Origin: an uncultured virus (IMG/VR IMGVR_UViG_3300034071_002938)
Taxonomy: Duplodnaviria; Heunggongvirae; Uroviricota; Caudoviricetes
Virus record (IMG/VR): IMGVR_UViG_3300034071_002938
Strand: one strand, 5' to 3'
Length of the DNA: 64,000 bases
Shown: piece by piece, positions 18,650 through 27,775 of the stretch
Position numbering within the stretch: position 1 is the first letter of the stretch
Layout of the letters: every line of letters begins with the position of its first letter
The notes under the pieces: generated by a model
Seen by the model: only the letters and a program-made list of their open reading frames with translations
Database searches by the model: none
What the model was told of the DNA's origin: nothing
Position numbers and translations under genes: made by a program

Positions 18650-19090
18650 TCAGACCAGTGTTTTGTCATCGGGGTGCTGCTTCTCGAAGACAAGCTCCTC
18701 AGTCTCCTGTGGCTTGCTCCCGTCCTCCAGCACAGTCTCGTCTTCCTCGGGCTTGGGTGGTGGCTTCTTTACCTTCTTCGGGCGAGACACCTCCATGAAG
18801 GATAAAAGGAGGGCATTCTTCTCTTCATCGGTAGCACCCTCCTTCTTGTCGATCAGTTCTTGCGCGATCTCTTTTTGCCTGGGTGAGTAATGGTCTGGTC
18901 TGAGCTGCGTGTCTCGGAGCAACTCTCGCGGATCCGTCATGTATAGATCCAACAGATTCGAGGGCCGACTAGGCTTGGTGTCGGCCACCGCAGCGAACGT
19001 TCCCGAGTAGGTTTCGAACGACTTTGCAAACTCCTCAGGAGGAGATGCTATGAGGGTGTGCAAGGCATCGTAGTGCTTATGTCGGGTCAT
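18650..19090 (-). CDS. Hypothetical protein
   Basis: ATGA-coupled 146-aa ORF. Confidence 0.6.
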   Translation of the reverse strand: MTRHKHYDALHTLIASPPEEFAKSFETYSGTFAAVADTKPSRPSNLLDLYMTDPRELLRDTQLRPDHYSPRQKEIAQELIDKKEGATDEEKNALLLSFMEVSRPKKVKKPPPKPEEDETVLEDGSKPQETEELVFEKQHPDDKTLV

Positions 19091-19734
19091 GATTCAGCGT
19101 ACTTCTCCAGTGCCTCTTCGGGCAACGCTAGAAACTCAACACAGTCGTGCTCGTCCCAGTAACTTGCCTTGGCAAGCCAGGACTGGCCGCTGTGCCCAGA
19201 TACCCAGTCATCGTATCCAATCCCAGTCTGCTCGAGGATATGCTCGATCGCATAGTAGTACAGCATTGCCTCTACCGGGAGGATGCCCAGCCTGTCGATC
19301 TCTGTGGACTTGTAGTCTCGAAGAACACCTATCGCGGCCGCGGCACCAACACTGAGTCCGGGATCTTTGATTCGGTGAAGATGAATGCGTGCATGCGCGT
19401 ATGTCGCAATCTGGACTCGGCCAGCTCGCATGAATCCCTTGACGTCTTTCCCGTTCAGGAACTTTGCCATCCACGTATCCCGGCTCATCAGGTTGTGTCG
19501 ATTCAAGAAGAGATCGAAGCACATTCGCGCTTTCCTTTTGTCGTCATCGCTCCGAGGATCGAAGACCTTCGCCATGATGTCTGCGGGCTCGAGGCGAGAC
19601 CACATACCGATGCTTCTAGCCCAGCGGGCGCTGAGGGCCCTTTTGTGCCCGGTGTGGTGAATCCTGTCAGCCGGATCAAGCCCTCGGATCTTCAAGTCTT
19701 TAGACGAGCACATCAACCAGTCCCACCATTTCAT
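19087..19734 (-). CDS. Hypothetical protein
   Basis: ATGA-coupled 215-aa ORF. Confidence 0.6.
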   Translation of the reverse strand: MKWWDWLMCSSKDLKIRGLDPADRIHHTGHKRALSARWARSIGMWSRLEPADIMAKVFDPRSDDDKRKARMCFDLFLNRHNLMSRDTWMAKFLNGKDVKGFMRAGRVQIATYAHARIHLHRIKDPGLSVGAAAAIGVLRDYKSTEIDRLGILPVEAMLYYYAIEHILEQTGIGYDDWVSGHSGQSWLAKASYWDEHDCVEFLALPEEALEKYAES

Positions 19735-20396
19735 TTCTTCTCCGATCTACAACGCAAGCTACAGAACTGACCGTAGGAAGGATCACACTCTCGGCCGCAT
19801 GACTTACAAGCAACGCCCACACGACTTAGATGAGCTGCCTCCACTGCGATAGCCATCTCCGCATCGCGGAGACGAAGCCCAACTGCCTTGGCTATTGTGT
19901 CTGCGGACATGCCAAGCTGAGAATGAAGAAAATGAAGCGCACGTGTGAGCTGATCGTAGTCGAGTGGAAGACGAAGGACGTATTCCGGAAGGTCCCACTG
20001 TCCTTTGACCACACTCTCTGTTCTCTGGATGTCAGAGACATAGCCCGTACCGAACGGATCGATGGCCCACACCTCTATCTCTCGACGCCTCTCATGCCCT
20101 CTCTTCCTCTTGATGCCCCTTTCCTTCCGCCACTCCAAGACAGCGGTCAGGCTAACGTTGGCGGCTCGCGCAAGCGAGTCGTCTGGCATACCTGCGTCTG
20201 CCTCAGCTCTAAACCCATCCAGGTCTCTGAACGACTCCTCGTGGGTTTTGGCTCGAGTGGGTCGTTGCTTCTTCGGTGGGGTACGTGGTGGTGGCTTCAG
20301 GAAGTCAGCCATCACGGCCTTCTTTCCAACCTTCTTCTCCGCCTCAGCCACGATGCTATCCAGTGAGTCGAGTAGGTGACTCGGGATTGTTGTCAT
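19731..20396 (-). CDS. Putative DNA-binding protein (two HTH-like segments, C-terminal CxxC..FCSxxC zinc motif)
   Basis: PDDSLARAANVSLTAVLEWRKERGI; MSADTIAKAVGL; CKSCG...FCSLRC. Confidence 0.55.
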   Translation of the reverse strand: MTTIPSHLLDSLDSIVAEAEKKVGKKAVMADFLKPPPRTPPKKQRPTRAKTHEESFRDLDGFRAEADAGMPDDSLARAANVSLTAVLEWRKERGIKRKRGHERRREIEVWAIDPFGTGYVSDIQRTESVVKGQWDLPEYVLRLPLDYDQLTRALHFLHSQLGMSADTIAKAVGLRLRDAEMAIAVEAAHLSRVGVACKSCGRECDPSYGQFCSLRCRSEKK

Positions 20397-20439
20397 ACAC
20401 CCTCTTTTGGAATCCAGTACTGACGAGATATCTGTATTG

Positions 20440-20585
20440 GCTTCTAGGTCTTTCCACCCCTTTACATACTTACCTTACTATTCCTTTTACATATTAAGAG
20501 AGAAATAGACTAGATAACCCAACACAAGCCAACCAAGAACCAAAACTACAACGAGACGACAGTATGTAAGTATCGTCGTATGGAT
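20440..20585. other. AT-rich, strand-asymmetric divergent intergenic region (candidate replication origin or control region)
   Basis: Conspicuously AT-rich noncoding tract; TTACATACT...AGTATGTAA inverted repeat; lies at the strand switch. Confidence 0.35.
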
Positions 20586-20608
20586 GTAGAGCACCGGGAA
20601 GGTGACCC

Positions 20609-21187
20609 ATGGATGAGATTCGAATAGCCGGGGTGTTCGCGAGCCTCGGGGTGCTGGACAAGAAGTCCCAATCACTGATCTACAAGCACTGTCTTGCAGG
20701 CAACTCGGACGAGATGGGGAGGTCAGTAGCTCGGTACCTCTTGGGAGTCGGGATTGCCTCAAAAGAGATCCCGCTCAACACAGGGGTTCAGACAGATGAG
20801 CTGACGAGACGAGCGCAAGATGCATGTAGGAGATCGGCCATCAACTACCGAGATCAAGGAGGCATCCTTATCGCAAAAGGGTTCTCGACAGTGGACGTGT
20901 TGTCCGAGATGATGTCAGAGCTGTGGCGTCGTACATTCTCTCCACCGATACCAGTTACCAAGAAGTGGGAACTGACGGAAGAGATGCAAGATCGTCTCAC
21001 AGTCGTGGCCCTTCAGTCCTCGGAGGTGCTGACCAAGGCGTTTGTTCCGATCGACTACGAGGGGCCGGTCTACCTTCTTCCGGTATCCGCCCTCGAGGGG
21101 GTCTGCTCCTCGCTGGCCCGCAAGATGTACGAAGCTCTCGAGGAACCGAACGAGACAATCCAAAAGATGGTACACGGAGAGACATGA
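20609..21187 (+). CDS. Hypothetical protein
   Basis: 192-aa ORF coupled to the exonuclease gene. Confidence 0.6.
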   Translation: MDEIRIAGVFASLGVLDKKSQSLIYKHCLAGNSDEMGRSVARYLLGVGIASKEIPLNTGVQTDELTRRAQDACRRSAINYRDQGGILIAKGFSTVDVLSEMMSELWRRTFSPPIPVTKKWELTEEMQDRLTVVALQSSEVLTKAFVPIDYEGPVYLLPVSALEGVCSSLARKMYEALEEPNETIQKMVHGET

Positions 21188-21783
21188 AGAAGCTGTCAGA
21201 AGAATATGATCAGAGGTGGGATTCATTCCCATTCATTTCCCTCGACACTGAAACGACTGGATTTGGAAAGAACGACAGGATCTGTGAGATCGCGATGTTG
21301 ATGATCCAAGGGGACAAGGTGGTGGATGAGTTCCACAGCCTTGTGAATCCCGAACGCGTGATGAACGAGTCTGCGCGGGCCGTTCATGGCATTCTTGATG
21401 ATGCGCTACAAGACGCTCCGCGGTTCGATGAGATACGAGATCAGGTCATCGAGTTCTTGAGCCGAGGGGCGCCATGGGTGGCACACCAGCTCTCCTTCGA
21501 CGCACGTATGCTCTCGTACGTCATCCCCGAGGATCTGTGGCCAAAGGGGGTGCCTACTCTTTGCTCCATGGACTTTGCCAAGAAGCACCACTCGATGCTT
21601 CGTATGTGCAATGGGCACAAGCTCATGAACCTGGCTGGGTATCTTCAGATCGACTACAGGGCGGCGGATGCACACTCGGCCAAAGTCGATGCCACATTGC
21701 TCGGTAAGATCGTACCGAAGATGATGGGGACTCGTCTGGTCTCGGAGTCCTACACGAAGTTGTCTGAAGAGTGGCTGAAGTGA
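21184..21783 (+). CDS. DEDDh 3'-5' exonuclease (DNA polymerase III epsilon-like)
   Basis: LDTETTG...ICEIA...VHGI...AP.F...VAHQ..FD...H.A..DA. Confidence 0.9.
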   Translation: MKKLSEEYDQRWDSFPFISLDTETTGFGKNDRICEIAMLMIQGDKVVDEFHSLVNPERVMNESARAVHGILDDALQDAPRFDEIRDQVIEFLSRGAPWVAHQLSFDARMLSYVIPEDLWPKGVPTLCSMDFAKKHHSMLRMCNGHKLMNLAGYLQIDYRAADAHSAKVDATLLGKIVPKMMGTRLVSESYTKLSEEWLK

Positions 21784-21785
21784 GC

Positions 21786-21813
21786 AAAAAAGGAGGGCCC
21801 GCGCCCTCCTTCT
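21786..21813. terminator. Bidirectional intrinsic terminator
   Basis: A-tract, AGGAGGGC-CCGC-GCCCTCCT stem-loop, TCTT; between convergent genes. Confidence 0.7.
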
Positions 21814-22536
21814 TCACTTCTTGAGGATGTCGCGGAAGCGATCCTCAACACACACATCCCCGTTAGGCCCGAGGTAGTAGGGGTCTACGGGGCGGAACAT
21901 GATCTCTTCCAGCCCGAGTAGGGCAGCGGTGTGGACAGTGGCTTCCTCGAAGCTGAAGGGTCTATCGAGGTTCTCGCCGTTTTTGTAGAGATCGGGCGCC
22001 AGGTCGTAGGTGTACGGGGCTACAAGGCCCTTCGAGTCGTAGCCCATGAACGGTGCCCGGGCTTCGTCCAGGATGTTTGTCCATGGCTGGTTCAGCTCGC
22101 GGAACGGGATGAGCTTGAGGTTCCTCTCATGGATCCACGCGGCACTGTCGGGGTAGATCCCGTGGGGGAATGCGTGACAGTACATAATCGGGCGGGTGTA
22201 CTTGGTGGCGTAGAAACCCTGCTGCTCGAGCAGGGCGACTGCGTGGTCGATGCCCTGGATGGTGCCGAGGTTGTGGCTGTGCACGAGCCTCATAAGCTCG
22301 TGTTGCCAGGCCGAGATGATGAAGCGGATTTGCCACATCCTCGGAATGAGCCGTGACGAATGCCTTTGGTATGGTGTAGCCTCCGTGATGTAACAGAGAT
22401 CTCCCGCCTTGAACTTTGTGTGCGGAGGATGCTCAGCCATGGCGGCGATCATGTTGGCATCCGCCTCAGTCATGGCTCTTGGATCGATGATGTTGATTGG
22501 CAGGTCAGTGGTGAAACCGTTCGGAAGAGAAATCAT
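21814..22536 (-). CDS. Hypothetical protein (stand-alone inverted cassette)
   Basis: Own CCTATAAGATCTTGGAGG leader and terminator. Confidence 0.7.
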   Translation of the reverse strand: MISLPNGFTTDLPINIIDPRAMTEADANMIAAMAEHPPHTKFKAGDLCYITEATPYQRHSSRLIPRMWQIRFIISAWQHELMRLVHSHNLGTIQGIDHAVALLEQQGFYATKYTRPIMYCHAFPHGIYPDSAAWIHERNLKLIPFRELNQPWTNILDEARAPFMGYDSKGLVAPYTYDLAPDLYKNGENLDRPFSFEEATVHTAALLGLEEIMFRPVDPYYLGPNGDVCVEDRFRDILKK

Positions 22537-22540
22537 GGTA

Positions 22541-22558
22541 CCTCCAAGATCTTATAGG
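22541..22558 (-). promoter_or_regulatory. CCTATAAG putative promoter plus SD (18-bp exact repeat, copy 1)
   Basis: Identical to 44157-44174 and 47437-47454. Confidence 0.65.
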
Positions 22559-22656
22559 AGATACGAATGCGTATTCACCTATGAGCGAAAGGAAGAACTC
22601 GTTGATGACATCCGACTGGAAGAGTGGTTGAATCCCAAGTAACGGATCGAGGTAAT

Positions 22657-22977
22657 ATGAGCAGAGCGAAGCGTGCGTGTTTGAACTGTGGGTCGTCCGA
22701 ACTCTTTGCGATCGTGACCATGACGAAGGCAATGCCTCTTGCGGACAAGGGCGGCACTGTTAAGGTCAACGGAATCAAAGTCGGACAGGTTGACCTGAAG
22801 AATGCCTGGGATACGGTCTCAGGAGTTGAGGGATCTCCAGAACGGGAGATCCGCGGACCCATTCGCTGCGGTGAATGTGAGTCAGAGCATTTCTATGTCT
22901 CGGACTCCAAAGATCCACTGCGCCTTGGATCCTACGAAGAAGCGGTCAGCATCGGAATCGAAGAACTCAGAAAGTGA
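22657..22977 (+). CDS. Zinc-ribbon hypothetical protein
   Basis: GAGG SD; CLNC and CGEC pairs. Confidence 0.6.
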   Translation: MSRAKRACLNCGSSELFAIVTMTKAMPLADKGGTVKVNGIKVGQVDLKNAWDTVSGVEGSPEREIRGPIRCGECESEHFYVSDSKDPLRLGSYEEAVSIGIEELRK

Positions 22978-22983
22978 GGACAA

Positions 22984-23538
22984 GTGGCAGCAAAAAAGAA
23001 GACGGTCGTTGAAGAGAAGCAACCATTGCCGAATCGGATCATGCGAGTGATGCTTGATCAGGTCGGAGACGGAAACGCCCTGATCGGGTTTACGTTTGCC
23101 GAGATCCGTGAGGCGCTCGGCCTCCTGCCTCCGGATGAGGAGTTCGCAGAAGTCGTGTCCGTGATGTCGGAGATGCGTGATCACTGCTTCCTGGCACACA
23201 AGTTCAATCACCCGGCACTCGAGGAGAACTTCTACGAGGGCGACCCGACAGACATCCCGAACATCCAGAAGAGGGAGAACTCTTCGAAGGTGAAGCAGCT
23301 CGTCTTCTTCGTGCACCCACGCGCGATCATGATCGACGACGACACCGTCATGCGAGGACTGGGGGAGCCCCTTCCGGACGTGAGTGGTAGCGGGGAAGAG
23401 TTCAAGATGCAGCTCGTCTTCACGCGAGAGAACATCCGTGGCTGGTTTGATGGCCTCGCCGAGCTGATCGACCTGCACATGGAGGAGGAGCTTGTTCAGC
23501 TCTCGAACAAGATGATTCTCGCGCTCCAACCATCCTGA
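22984..23538 (+). CDS. Hypothetical protein
   Basis: GAGGA SD, GTG start, followed by a terminator. Confidence 0.65.
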   Translation: MAAKKKTVVEEKQPLPNRIMRVMLDQVGDGNALIGFTFAEIREALGLLPPDEEFAEVVSVMSEMRDHCFLAHKFNHPALEENFYEGDPTDIPNIQKRENSSKVKQLVFFVHPRAIMIDDDTVMRGLGEPLPDVSGSGEEFKMQLVFTRENIRGWFDGLAELIDLHMEEELVQLSNKMILALQPS

Positions 23539-23556
23539 TCTTTCTGTCGTTCACCC

Positions 23557-23588
23557 GCAGCCGTCAGAAATGGCGGCTGCTTTTCTTT
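23557..23588 (+). terminator. Intrinsic terminator
   Basis: GCAGCCGTCA-GAAA-TGGCGGCTGC followed by TTTTCTTT. Confidence 0.7.
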
Positions 23589-23597
23589 GGAGGAATC

Positions 23598-24086
23598 ATG
23601 TACCAGAAGTCCTATACGTTCGCGATGATCAAGCCTGACGCAGTGAAGAACAAGTTCGATGGCCTCATCATTGACAAGATCATCACATCCGGATTCCTGA
23701 TCGAGGGAGTTCTCCTTACGACCTGGTGTGCAAGCATGGCCGAGGAGTTCTACAAGGAGCACAGCGAGCGCACGTTCTTCAAGGATCTCGTGGCGTTCAC
23801 TACGAGCGGCCCGTCTTACAGCCTGATTCTGAGCCTACCGACGCCAGATTGCGTGGAGGCGTGGAGGGCTCGCATCGGCTCCACTGATCCGACGAAGGCG
23901 CCTGTGGGGACTCTTCGAAAGATGTACGGTTCGCAGAGCGGGCCGATGATGCACAACGCTGTGCACGGGTCGGACTCGCCGCAGTCAGCCCTGCGTGAGA
24001 TCAAGTGCGTCGCCCCATACCGCGGGTCGGGCTTCGGGACCCATCTCATTGGGCGTGACTGGTTGATGGCAGCGGGAGGGCGGTGA
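23598..24086 (+). CDS. ndk: Nucleoside diphosphate kinase
   Basis: TFAMIKPDAV, FY.EH..R.FF.DLV.F.TSGP, G.TDP..A..GTLR, NAVHGSDS. Confidence 0.95.
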   Translation: MYQKSYTFAMIKPDAVKNKFDGLIIDKIITSGFLIEGVLLTTWCASMAEEFYKEHSERTFFKDLVAFTTSGPSYSLILSLPTPDCVEAWRARIGSTDPTKAPVGTLRKMYGSQSGPMMHNAVHGSDSPQSALREIKCVAPYRGSGFGTHLIGRDWLMAAGGR

Positions 24087-24190
24087 CAAATCCAACCCCA
24101 TTACAGTGGTTCCAGTTTGTGACCGATCTTATTCGAATCGCTGTCTATCTGATTGGGTTCGCAGTCATTCTTTGGCATCTACGTAAGTGA
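24083..24190 (+). CDS. 35-aa membrane peptide (not in ORF track)
   Basis: GGAGG SD, GTGA overlap; (M)TNPTPLQWFQFVTDLIRIAVYLIGFAVILWHLRK. Confidence 0.5.
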   Translation: MTNPTPLQWFQFVTDLIRIAVYLIGFAVILWHLRK

Positions 24191-24214
24191 CCAAAGTACA
24201 TGGTAGGTTGAAGC

Positions 24215-24562
24215 ATGAACATCACACGAGACCAGTACGATGCGCTGCTTCAGGCAGCACTGACCCTTGATACGAAAGAGGTGCTTCGGATCCGCGATAT
24301 CGTGGATACGGCCAACAGCATTTCGCGCTACGTCCTGTACTTGCGCTGGCAGGACGTTGGTGGAACTCCTCCGCGGCGTATTGAGCTTGGGAAGCCTTGG
24401 CCAGAGGACAGCACCAAGCTCCTTGAGATGGATCGCCCTATCTCAAAGCAAGATGTCCTGGCAGTAGTCACTAGGGCGGCGGCAAACCCAGTGTCCATCA
24501 TGGTCACTCCCGACAGACTGGGTGTGGTTGGTTGGACCCTGATCGATGACTTTGTCTTCTGA
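24215..24562 (+). CDS. Hypothetical protein
   Basis: 115-aa ORF in the + strand gene run. Confidence 0.6.
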   Translation: MNITRDQYDALLQAALTLDTKEVLRIRDIVDTANSISRYVLYLRWQDVGGTPPRRIELGKPWPEDSTKLLEMDRPISKQDVLAVVTRAAANPVSIMVTPDRLGVVGWTLIDDFVF

Positions 24563-24568
24563 GGTACA

Positions 24569-24850
24569 ATGATCACACCAGAGATGTCCCGGCTTGTGTC
24601 GTGGACACATTCACCGACAGAGGAAGATCTAGCGGAGATCCTTAAGCCGCTTCGAGACGCAGATTTGATGGTCCTGTTCACAGCGTTCGCCGGACAGCCC
24701 GCGGGGCAGCTCGCTTGGGCGGAATACGGACGACGGCAGGGCTACTTCGATTTCAAGATCGTCTCAGTAGTTGGGCAGGGACAGCTGACGGTAACGCTGG
24801 AAGGACCAGCAAAACCCATTCACCACGGAGCCGCGAAGAAAATATGCTGA
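24569..24850 (+). CDS. Hypothetical protein
   Basis: GAGG SD; 93 aa. Confidence 0.55.
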   Translation: MITPEMSRLVSWTHSPTEEDLAEILKPLRDADLMVLFTAFAGQPAGQLAWAEYGRRQGYFDFKIVSVVGQGQLTVTLEGPAKPIHHGAAKKIC

Positions 24851-25371
24851 CCCCCGAAGAGAAGGAAAAGCGACTTGGTGGAGCCTGGTTGAGGCTCGCT
24901 GGATGCGTGGGAAGCAGGAGTTCAAAGGAATCCCCCGCTACGATGGAGGATGCCCACAACATCCTTGAGGCCTTGATCTACAGCGAAGATTTCCGCGAGC
25001 GCGCTGGCCGCCTCTACTCGATGCTCTCGCAGGAGACAGATGCGCAGTCGATGAAGGTCAAGAAGGAAGCTGGTCGCGCCCTGATCATCGTGATGGCACG
25101 AAACATCACGCCGCCAGAGGTTGACCCGGGACCCCAGGAGCTGTTCATCGAAACCTCGGCAGAGTTCTTCACGCTGTGTGGTCCTCTTCCGAACTCGTCA
25201 TGGAATGCCCACGTGAAGGCGAAGTACCGGCCCTCAGGTGCGGCTGAGGAGATGAGCATCTCACCCTTCTTCGCAGAAATCGTGAAGGCGATCGAACGGA
25301 TGTTCGGGTGCGTGGGTCATCTGATCCAGACTCCCAAGGAGACCCATACGGCACAAGCTGTCAGTCCGTAA
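24844..25371 (+). CDS. Hypothetical protein
   Basis: Overlapping start, typical codon usage. Confidence 0.55.
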   Translation: MLTPEEKEKRLGGAWLRLAGCVGSRSSKESPATMEDAHNILEALIYSEDFRERAGRLYSMLSQETDAQSMKVKKEAGRALIIVMARNITPPEVDPGPQELFIETSAEFFTLCGPLPNSSWNAHVKAKYRPSGAAEEMSISPFFAEIVKAIERMFGCVGHLIQTPKETHTAQAVSP

Positions 25372-25414
25372 AAATGGAGCCTCTTACGCCTATTAGTAGG
25401 TACGGAGGCAATCC

Positions 25415-25903
25415 ATGAACAATGATCGTAATCGAGGGCAAGACGAGACCAACCAGCTTCTTCTTCGTGATGGAGAGACGCCAGTCGGTCCGAAAGACAT
25501 GCGGGGCTACACCTTGGCGAGGGTGTACGCGTCGTCAGAGAAGAACGTCACCCCAGAGAAGTACCTTCTGCTCGTGAATGCTGAGCTGAGGTCTGGGGCA
25601 GACGGTTCGACATACATGCGGGCATACCATGCCGGTGATATCCACCGGAATGTCATCCCGCTCTCCATGCTGGATCTGGATGCTCTGATCCCAGTTCTGG
25701 TGCAGGCAAAGGCCGACCTTGACCGGGAGCAGCGGGAGTATCACGCCAGGCGCGTTCGAGAAGAGAGACCCTCCCTGCGGGCAGGTCTCGTCGCGATCGG
25801 TGCCATGCCCTCTGGCGCATCTGTCACGATGGAAGCGCCTGAAGAGAAGGAAGAAGAGGTTCTGGACTTGGGCATGCTGTTCAAGCCCTGGAATCTTGGA
25901 TGA
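25415..25903 (+). CDS. Hypothetical protein
   Basis: Preceded by CCTATTAG and GGAGG; followed by terminator at 25908-25935. Confidence 0.65.
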   Translation: MNNDRNRGQDETNQLLLRDGETPVGPKDMRGYTLARVYASSEKNVTPEKYLLLVNAELRSGADGSTYMRAYHAGDIHRNVIPLSMLDLDALIPVLVQAKADLDREQREYHARRVREERPSLRAGLVAIGAMPSGASVTMEAPEEKEEEVLDLGMLFKPWNLG

Positions 25904-25946
25904 AAGGAATGAAGGCTTAGCGGCCTTCATTTTTTGCAAGGACATC

Positions 25947-26531
25947 ATGAATATCTGCGATCGTACAATCAAGAAGATGATGCCGGAGTTGTTCCCTCCG
26001 GATATGGGAGAGAACTCAAGCATCGACTTCGACAAGCAGATCCAGCCATCGACAATCGACCTTCGGCTGGGCCGTGTGTTTTGGGAGATGCGAAGGACAC
26101 TGTACAACAAGCACCTCGATCCGATCGATCCTCGAACCAGCGACCCACTCAGGTACTTCGACAAGACCGAGGCGGACACCTTTGAGCTATTGCCAGGTGG
26201 CTTTGTCCTGGCACAGACCATGGAGTTCATCTCGGTACCTGAGAACATGGTCGCCTTCGTCGATGGACGAAGTAGCTATGGTCGCTGGGGTCTGCGAATC
26301 CACAGCACAGCAGGTCTCATCGATGCTGGGTTTCGCGGCATCATCACTCTCGAGATCGCGATGGACAGTGCTTTCCCTATGATCTTGCACGCAGGAGACA
26401 GGATCTGTCAGGTTCGCTTCGAACTCTTGGATGAGAAGTGCGAAAAGCCGTATGGCCCCGAACGCTCCTCCAAGTATCACGGTCAGTCAGCAACCCAGCT
26501 GAGCCGCTCTGCCCTCGACACCTCTTCATAA
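25947..26531 (+). CDS. dcd: dCTP deaminase
   Basis: QIQPSTIDLRLG, LAQT.E, GRSS.GR.GL..H.TAG.ID.GFRG.ITLE, RICQ, Y....SKY.GQ. Confidence 0.95.
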   Translation: MNICDRTIKKMMPELFPPDMGENSSIDFDKQIQPSTIDLRLGRVFWEMRRTLYNKHLDPIDPRTSDPLRYFDKTEADTFELLPGGFVLAQTMEFISVPENMVAFVDGRSSYGRWGLRIHSTAGLIDAGFRGIITLEIAMDSAFPMILHAGDRICQVRFELLDEKCEKPYGPERSSKYHGQSATQLSRSALDTSS

Positions 26532-26539
26532 GGAGATCT

Positions 26540-27412
26540 ATGTACGACGTCAAGATTGTCAGCGATTCAATCGCCAAGGGTTCCCGCCTCACAACAGTGC
26601 TCGCCACGTTTCCGCGCATCCTGCTGGCCGAACAGAACACTCACCGTGTCTTCAGTCGCAACACGGCATCCTCGCGAGCCATACCTGTGCTCACTCGCTG
26701 CGATAGCATCGAGGCCAATCCTTTCATCCCCGAGTCCTTTGGTCGTGCAGGGAAGGGCATGCGCGCTGAGCAAGACTTGGATCCAGAATCCAGCGAGAAG
26801 GCGCGCGCTATCTGGGAACGCCTGGTCAAGGAGGCCGTCGCGGGAGCCCGCGAGCTGGCTGCGCTGAAGACGCACAAGGAACATGCGAACCGCCCCACTG
26901 AGCCGTACGCCTGGGTCTCTCAGCTCATCACGAGCACGGAGTGGGAGAACTACTTCAACCTCAGGACCTTCACAACCGCACAGCCGGAGATGATCAAGCT
27001 CTCTGGCATGATCAAAGAGGCCTACGAAAAAAGCTACCCAAAGCAGCTATCAGTAGGTGAATGGCATACTCCGTTCGTGGATGATCAATCACATCCACAT
27101 GATCGTGTTCGACAAAGCGTTGCTCGAGCCGCCGCCGTCTCATACGAGAGGCAGCTCGCAACGAAGACACTGGCTGAGGAGTTCAAGCGACATGACGATC
27201 TCCTCGATGCCCATCACATGAGTCCGTTCGAACACCAAGCCTGCGTCATCGAAGGAGATGACCTCTTGGAACATGCGCTGCATCGCTGGGACAAGGAAAG
27301 CAAGTCCTTCGTCCCGCACAGCATCGGAAACTTCTCGGTCCCCTGGCTTCAGTACAGAAAGATGCTTCCCGGTGAAGCAGTCTTTCGCCCAAACCAGGGA
27401 TCTGCTACATAG
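26540..27412 (+). CDS. thyX: Flavin-dependent thymidylate synthase (phage-type ThyX)
   Basis: PRILLAE.NTHRVFSRNTASSRAIP, K..ANR..EP, W.NYF.LR....AQPE, H.SPFEH.A. Confidence 0.85.
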   Translation: MYDVKIVSDSIAKGSRLTTVLATFPRILLAEQNTHRVFSRNTASSRAIPVLTRCDSIEANPFIPESFGRAGKGMRAEQDLDPESSEKARAIWERLVKEAVAGARELAALKTHKEHANRPTEPYAWVSQLITSTEWENYFNLRTFTTAQPEMIKLSGMIKEAYEKSYPKQLSVGEWHTPFVDDQSHPHDRVRQSVARAAAVSYERQLATKTLAEEFKRHDDLLDAHHMSPFEHQACVIEGDDLLEHALHRWDKESKSFVPHSIGNFSVPWLQYRKMLPGEAVFRPNQGSAT

Positions 27413-27418
27413 GAACTC

Positions 27419-27652
27419 ATGACCTACGTGATCATACTTCTACTCGTGGAGGTCGTACTGATCTTCGCGTTGTGGAAGTGGTTGAATCGTCGTAGGCCTG
27501 TTGATGAAGCTCCTGGCGATAACTCGTCAGATGGCGAGTATCATCATGGAGTGCCAGATCTGGGGTTGCGGAGAACAGGTACTCCGCTCCTCTCGATCTT
27601 CAGCATACGGTGGTACACCGGCGTCAATGGGCCCTTACCCCTTCCAACCTAA
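27419..27652 (+). CDS. Small membrane protein
   Basis: AGGAA SD; N-terminal hydrophobic helix followed by RRR. Confidence 0.45.
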   Translation: MTYVIILLLVEVVLIFALWKWLNRRRPVDEAPGDNSSDGEYHHGVPDLGLRRTGTPLLSIFSIRWYTGVNGPLPLPT

Positions 27653-27775
27653 AGACGGTGCCAACAGCGCCCGCCCCGAAGCAAAGCCAGTTAGGAGAGT
27701 GATCTTACTGGCATGTAACCCCGAAGAAGTAGCGGAATACAGACACTGGCCGCGCTTCTTCGGGTACTTTCTAAA

